Positions 61,543-64,000 of a DNA stretch of 64,000 nt are shown here, piece after piece. The position numbers were made by a program, and so were the translations under genes. The DNA is taken from IMG/VR virus record IMGVR_UViG_3300023210_000023. One strand, written 5' to 3'. Numbering within the stretch: the stretch's first letter is position 1; each line of letters opens with the position of its first letter. The notes under the pieces were generated by a model that did not search any database, was not told where the DNA came from, and saw only the letters and a list, made by a program, of their open reading frames with translations. Origin of the DNA: an uncultured virus (IMG/VR IMGVR_UViG_3300023210_000023). Lineage: Duplodnaviria > Heunggongvirae > Uroviricota > Caudoviricetes.

Positions 61543-61562
61543 TTTTTTTTCAGTATATTATA
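61543..61562 (+). promoter_or_regulatory. Candidate phage late promoter motif (T8-CAGTATATTATA)
   Basis: Recurrent motif at the head of the divergent + strand unit starting at 61610, where a promoter is required. Confidence 0.55.
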
Positions 61563-61609
61563 TATATATAATAAAGAATTTACAAAACTAACAAAAAAAA
61601 TTTTAAATC

Positions 61610-61897
61610 ATGGCGGGAAATAAAGTAATTGCAGCCAATCAAGTATCTATTGTAACTCCTTTTGGATTTACTGGATCATTAGCTGCTAAAACGTTTTTAG
61701 AAAAGTTCAGAACATTTTCTATTTTAAACAACAGTGGGGGATGTACAGTAACAATGCCTAATGGAAATGTAATGAATATTCCAGTAGGTGTAACAGTTAA
61801 TTGGGATGCTGGAACTCAATACCGTAAGTTAAATAAACTTAAGGGAGCAACTATTACAGTAACAGCAGATGATTGCGTTATTGTAGCAACAATATAA
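61610..61897 (+). CDS. Small beta-rich hypothetical protein
   Basis: 95-aa ORF with A-rich start context; 1 nt gap to the next gene. Confidence 0.65.
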   Translation: MAGNKVIAANQVSIVTPFGFTGSLAAKTFLEKFRTFSILNNSGGCTVTMPNGNVMNIPVGVTVNWDAGTQYRKLNKLKGATITVTADDCVIVATI

Positions 61898-61898
61898 T

Positions 61899-62207
61899 AT
61901 GGCAACGGCTGCACAAGAAATAGCGTTAATGAAGAAAGATATAGAAACTTTGAGTGAAGATATTAAAGAACTAAATAAGAAGATGGATAGGTTAATGATT
62001 AAACTATTAGATCCAGACGAGGGTTTAGTAGTTAGGGTTAATAAGAATACTGAACGTTTAGACGAGAGAGATAAAAATCTAGTTGGATGGTTGAAGGATG
62101 TTCGTGACTTTCATTATATGAAAAAATGGAAATCTACAGTGACAAGAGCTCTTTGGGGTTTGTATGCAGCCATTGTAGGTTATATTGTTAAATTATTATT
62201 CTGGTAA
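61899..62207 (+). CDS. Coiled-coil protein with C-terminal transmembrane helix (holin/XhlA-like architecture)
   Basis: Heptad-like N-terminus and terminal ALWGLYAAIVGYIVKLLFW. Confidence 0.55.
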   Translation: MATAAQEIALMKKDIETLSEDIKELNKKMDRLMIKLLDPDEGLVVRVNKNTERLDERDKNLVGWLKDVRDFHYMKKWKSTVTRALWGLYAAIVGYIVKLLFW

Positions 62208-62208
62208 A

Positions 62209-62286
62209 ATGAAATACATGTTACTAATAGCGATATCTTTAATTCTTGGGAAAATAGTTTGTTACTACTTACACGAGTGTGAATAA
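62209..62286 (+). CDS. 25-aa hydrophobic microprotein (MKYMLLIAISLILGKIVCYYLHECE), not in the ORF track
   Basis: Starts 1 nt after the previous stop and ends in a TAATG overlap with the next gene, filling the gap exactly. Confidence 0.5.
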   Translation: MKYMLLIAISLILGKIVCYYLHECE

Positions 62287-63218
62287 TGTCACAGTGCTTT
62301 AATCATAAATTAAAAAAATGTACTGCACATGCAAGTGATTGTGAGACATGTTGTAATGCAGCATCAGGATTAACATGTGATGATTATTATGTTTCTGGTG
62401 TTGGATCAACAATTGAAATTGGTAGTAGAATACGACAAGGATCAGGATGTACAGGAGATGACGCTACTGCTGGTATTTATACAGATTGCTCTCCAACTTT
62501 TTGTAATACTGTTGCATACGGATGTATAACGGTAGGAGCTGGCGGTCTTGTAACAGCAATATCAGCATGTACAGGTGATAATGCATGCGGTAGTGGCTCA
62601 GGTACTGGCTCAAGTTGTTTACAAAGTTCAACTTTAGATACACAACCAACTCATAGATGGAGTGGAAGGCAAAAAACTGCGGTATCTGCATTAGATACTT
62701 GGGAAACATTATACGAATGCCCAAAACACTTTGATCTTACAACTTCAATGGAAGGTGTAGTTTGTTATACAAACAACACAGCTACAAATTCAAGTCATTT
62801 AAAACAAATTTATATTCAAAATTGTGAACTTGGTGGAATAAATGAAAAAAAGTTTTCTGTAAGACTATATAATCCTGATACAGGTACTAGCACAGCAACT
62901 GATTGTGATTTAGTTAGTACAACTATTCCTGCAGAAGTGTCTTTAATAGATAGAATAAAATTAGATGATAACCAAAGGGTTAAAGTATTAGAACATGAAA
63001 GTCCCTTAACGTTAAGTGGTGGAGATTTAATTCAAATCCAAGCACACACTTCTACAACAGGTTGGACTATAAGTGCTTGGATAGAAGCAGATGTTTCTAC
63101 TACGTATGTATCTAGTAATCAAGGATCTGATGGGGCTAATGCTATTGCAAATATGTCTGGTTTATCAAGAAAGTTAGGTACTAGTACTGCTAATAGAAGA
63201 TTAAAACCTGGAGGATAA
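62286..63218 (+). CDS. Hypothetical protein, Cys-rich N-terminus and beta-sandwich-like C-terminus (possibly virion-associated)
   Basis: Many Cys in the first ~110 aa, GSGSG linker, 'LTLSGGDLIQIQA' strand pattern. Confidence 0.55.
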   Translation: MSQCFNHKLKKCTAHASDCETCCNAASGLTCDDYYVSGVGSTIEIGSRIRQGSGCTGDDATAGIYTDCSPTFCNTVAYGCITVGAGGLVTAISACTGDNACGSGSGTGSSCLQSSTLDTQPTHRWSGRQKTAVSALDTWETLYECPKHFDLTTSMEGVVCYTNNTATNSSHLKQIYIQNCELGGINEKKFSVRLYNPDTGTSTATDCDLVSTTIPAEVSLIDRIKLDDNQRVKVLEHESPLTLSGGDLIQIQAHTSTTGWTISAWIEADVSTTYVSSNQGSDGANAIANMSGLSRKLGTSTANRRLKPGG

Positions 63219-63231
63219 AAAAATATATGTA

Positions 63232-63507
63232 ATGTCAGCAGAATTAAATGAAGATACAAGTTTTAAAGTAAGTGTAAAAACACTCATTGCTATTGGTGCT
63301 GCAATGGCAACTCTTATTAGTATGTGGTTTGTATTACAATCAGACATTGAAGAGGCTAAAGAGTTACCTAAACCTGATGTCACTAGAATGGAGTTTGATA
63401 TGAAAGATGAATTAATACGTCAAACTATTATGAACACTTTGGAAGATGTTAAGGAAATTAAAGAAGATTTAAAACGTATGGAACAAAAAATAGATGACTT
63501 AAGATGA
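63232..63507 (+). CDS. Single-pass membrane protein with coiled-coil C-terminus
   Basis: TLIAIGAAMATLISMWFVL hydrophobic helix, then heptad-like tail. Confidence 0.65.
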   Translation: MSAELNEDTSFKVSVKTLIAIGAAMATLISMWFVLQSDIEEAKELPKPDVTRMEFDMKDELIRQTIMNTLEDVKEIKEDLKRMEQKIDDLR

Positions 63508-63878
63508 AAGATCCAACTTGGAAAATATTTGGAACTTATCTGATTGTATTATTTCTGATATTATTAATGTCTGGAAATGCTCTTGGACAAACAAAATTCT
63601 GTAAACAGGATATTTGTGTTGTAGAATTTAATGCTTATTGGAATAAAGATAACGGTGTGGTTTGGTTAGATAGTTTAGAAAATTGCGGTGTAACAAGAAT
63701 ACTTATATCAGATGAACAAATGCTAGCAGATGTACAAAAGAAATATAGCATACAAAATGTACCTACAATAATAATTTTTAGGGAAGAAGAAGTTGAAAGA
63801 TATCAAGCTTGCTTAAGATTTAAAATAGGAGTTAAACGAGAAGACGTACAAAAATTAATAAATGACCTTTCTAAATGA
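63504..63878 (+). CDS. Secreted/membrane-anchored thioredoxin-fold protein lacking CxxC
   Basis: Signal-peptide-like N-terminus (…MSGNALG|Q), VVEFNAYWN in place of WCxxC, YSIQNVPTIIIF cis-Pro motif. Confidence 0.7.
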   Translation: MKDPTWKIFGTYLIVLFLILLMSGNALGQTKFCKQDICVVEFNAYWNKDNGVVWLDSLENCGVTRILISDEQMLADVQKKYSIQNVPTIIIFREEEVERYQACLRFKIGVKREDVQKLINDLSK

Positions 63879-64000
63879 AAACTAAAATTCCTAAAATAAT
63901 ACATCAGATTTGGATAGGTAAAGAAATTCCTAAAAAGTTTAAGGAATTTACAGATAAGATGAAAAAAGTACATGAAGAAAAAGGTTATAAACATTATCTA
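63875..64000 (+). CDS. Glycosyltransferase family 32 (OCH1/Gly_transf_sug-like), 5' part only, not in the ORF track
   Basis: ATGA overlap with the previous gene; translates MKTKIPKIIHQIWIGKEIPKKFKEFTDKMKKVHEEKGYKHYL, with the IPKIIHQIW N-terminal signature; runs off the window end. Confidence 0.75.
   Translation, partial: MKTKIPKIIHQIWIGKEIPKKFKEFTDKMKKVHEEKGYKHYL

Noticed and set aside
61583..61590. Second minus-strand TAnnTTTG match (CAAAACTA on +)
   Set aside because: It lies in the A-rich leader of the + strand gene, far from nrdJ, and is probably a chance match.
61414..61609. tRNA/ncRNA or replication origin in the longest AT-rich intergenic region
   Set aside because: No cloverleaf, stable stem or iterons are visible; it is adequately explained as a divergent promoter region.
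1125..63994. Many 60-140 aa ORFs nested in or antisense to the long genes
   Set aside because: They are fully overlapped by well-supported CDSs, have no recognisable motifs, and show the composition expected of shadow frames.
1..64000. Stop-codon reassignment (TAG or TGA), as in some crAss-like phages
   Set aside because: ORFs up to 5339 aa are uninterrupted in the standard code, and TAG (9832, 13540, 25122, 31781) and TGA (63507, 63878) end genes right before the next start.
1..64000. Eukaryotic or giant-virus (NCLDV) origin suggested by SET, GT32 and Cys-rich proteins
   Set aside because: Operon-style overlaps (TAATG, ATGA), an intrinsic terminator, the DFDID single-chain RNAP and the crAss-like gene order indicate a bacteriophage.

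Overview
AT-rich, densely coding 64-kb fragment of a crAss-like (Crassvirales-related) podophage, most likely infecting an environmental Bacteroidota/Flavobacteria host. Host evidence: no Shine-Dalgarno motifs, A-rich start contexts, TAnnTTTG promoter matches and a SprB repeat. It uses the standard genetic code. The window covers the late/virion module. In order: a giant Cys-rich repeat protein (3249 aa), two small tail-associated paralogs, a metallophosphoesterase, an IHF/HU-like gene, two ring/tail-tube-like genes, an expanded muzzle/tail-stabilization protein (2452 aa) and four probable internal cargo proteins. Next come a 5339-aa virion RNA polymerase (DFDID motif, zincin HExxH, degenerate NADAR-like segment), a 2085-aa polyvalent protein with an ADP-ribosyltransferase-like domain, and a small SET-domain protein. 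An opposite-strand block follows (class II RNR, thioredoxin, two glycosyltransferase-like genes), then small membrane/structural genes ending in a truncated GT32-like gene. Most notable: an adjacent ART/NADAR-like/SET 'modification' cluster in probably injected proteins, a repeated [MFY]xxGGxLxx[YF]Q motif across three cargo proteins, and a candidate phage late promoter (T-run + GTAWATTATA). All calls come from motif recognition by eye; no database searches were run.
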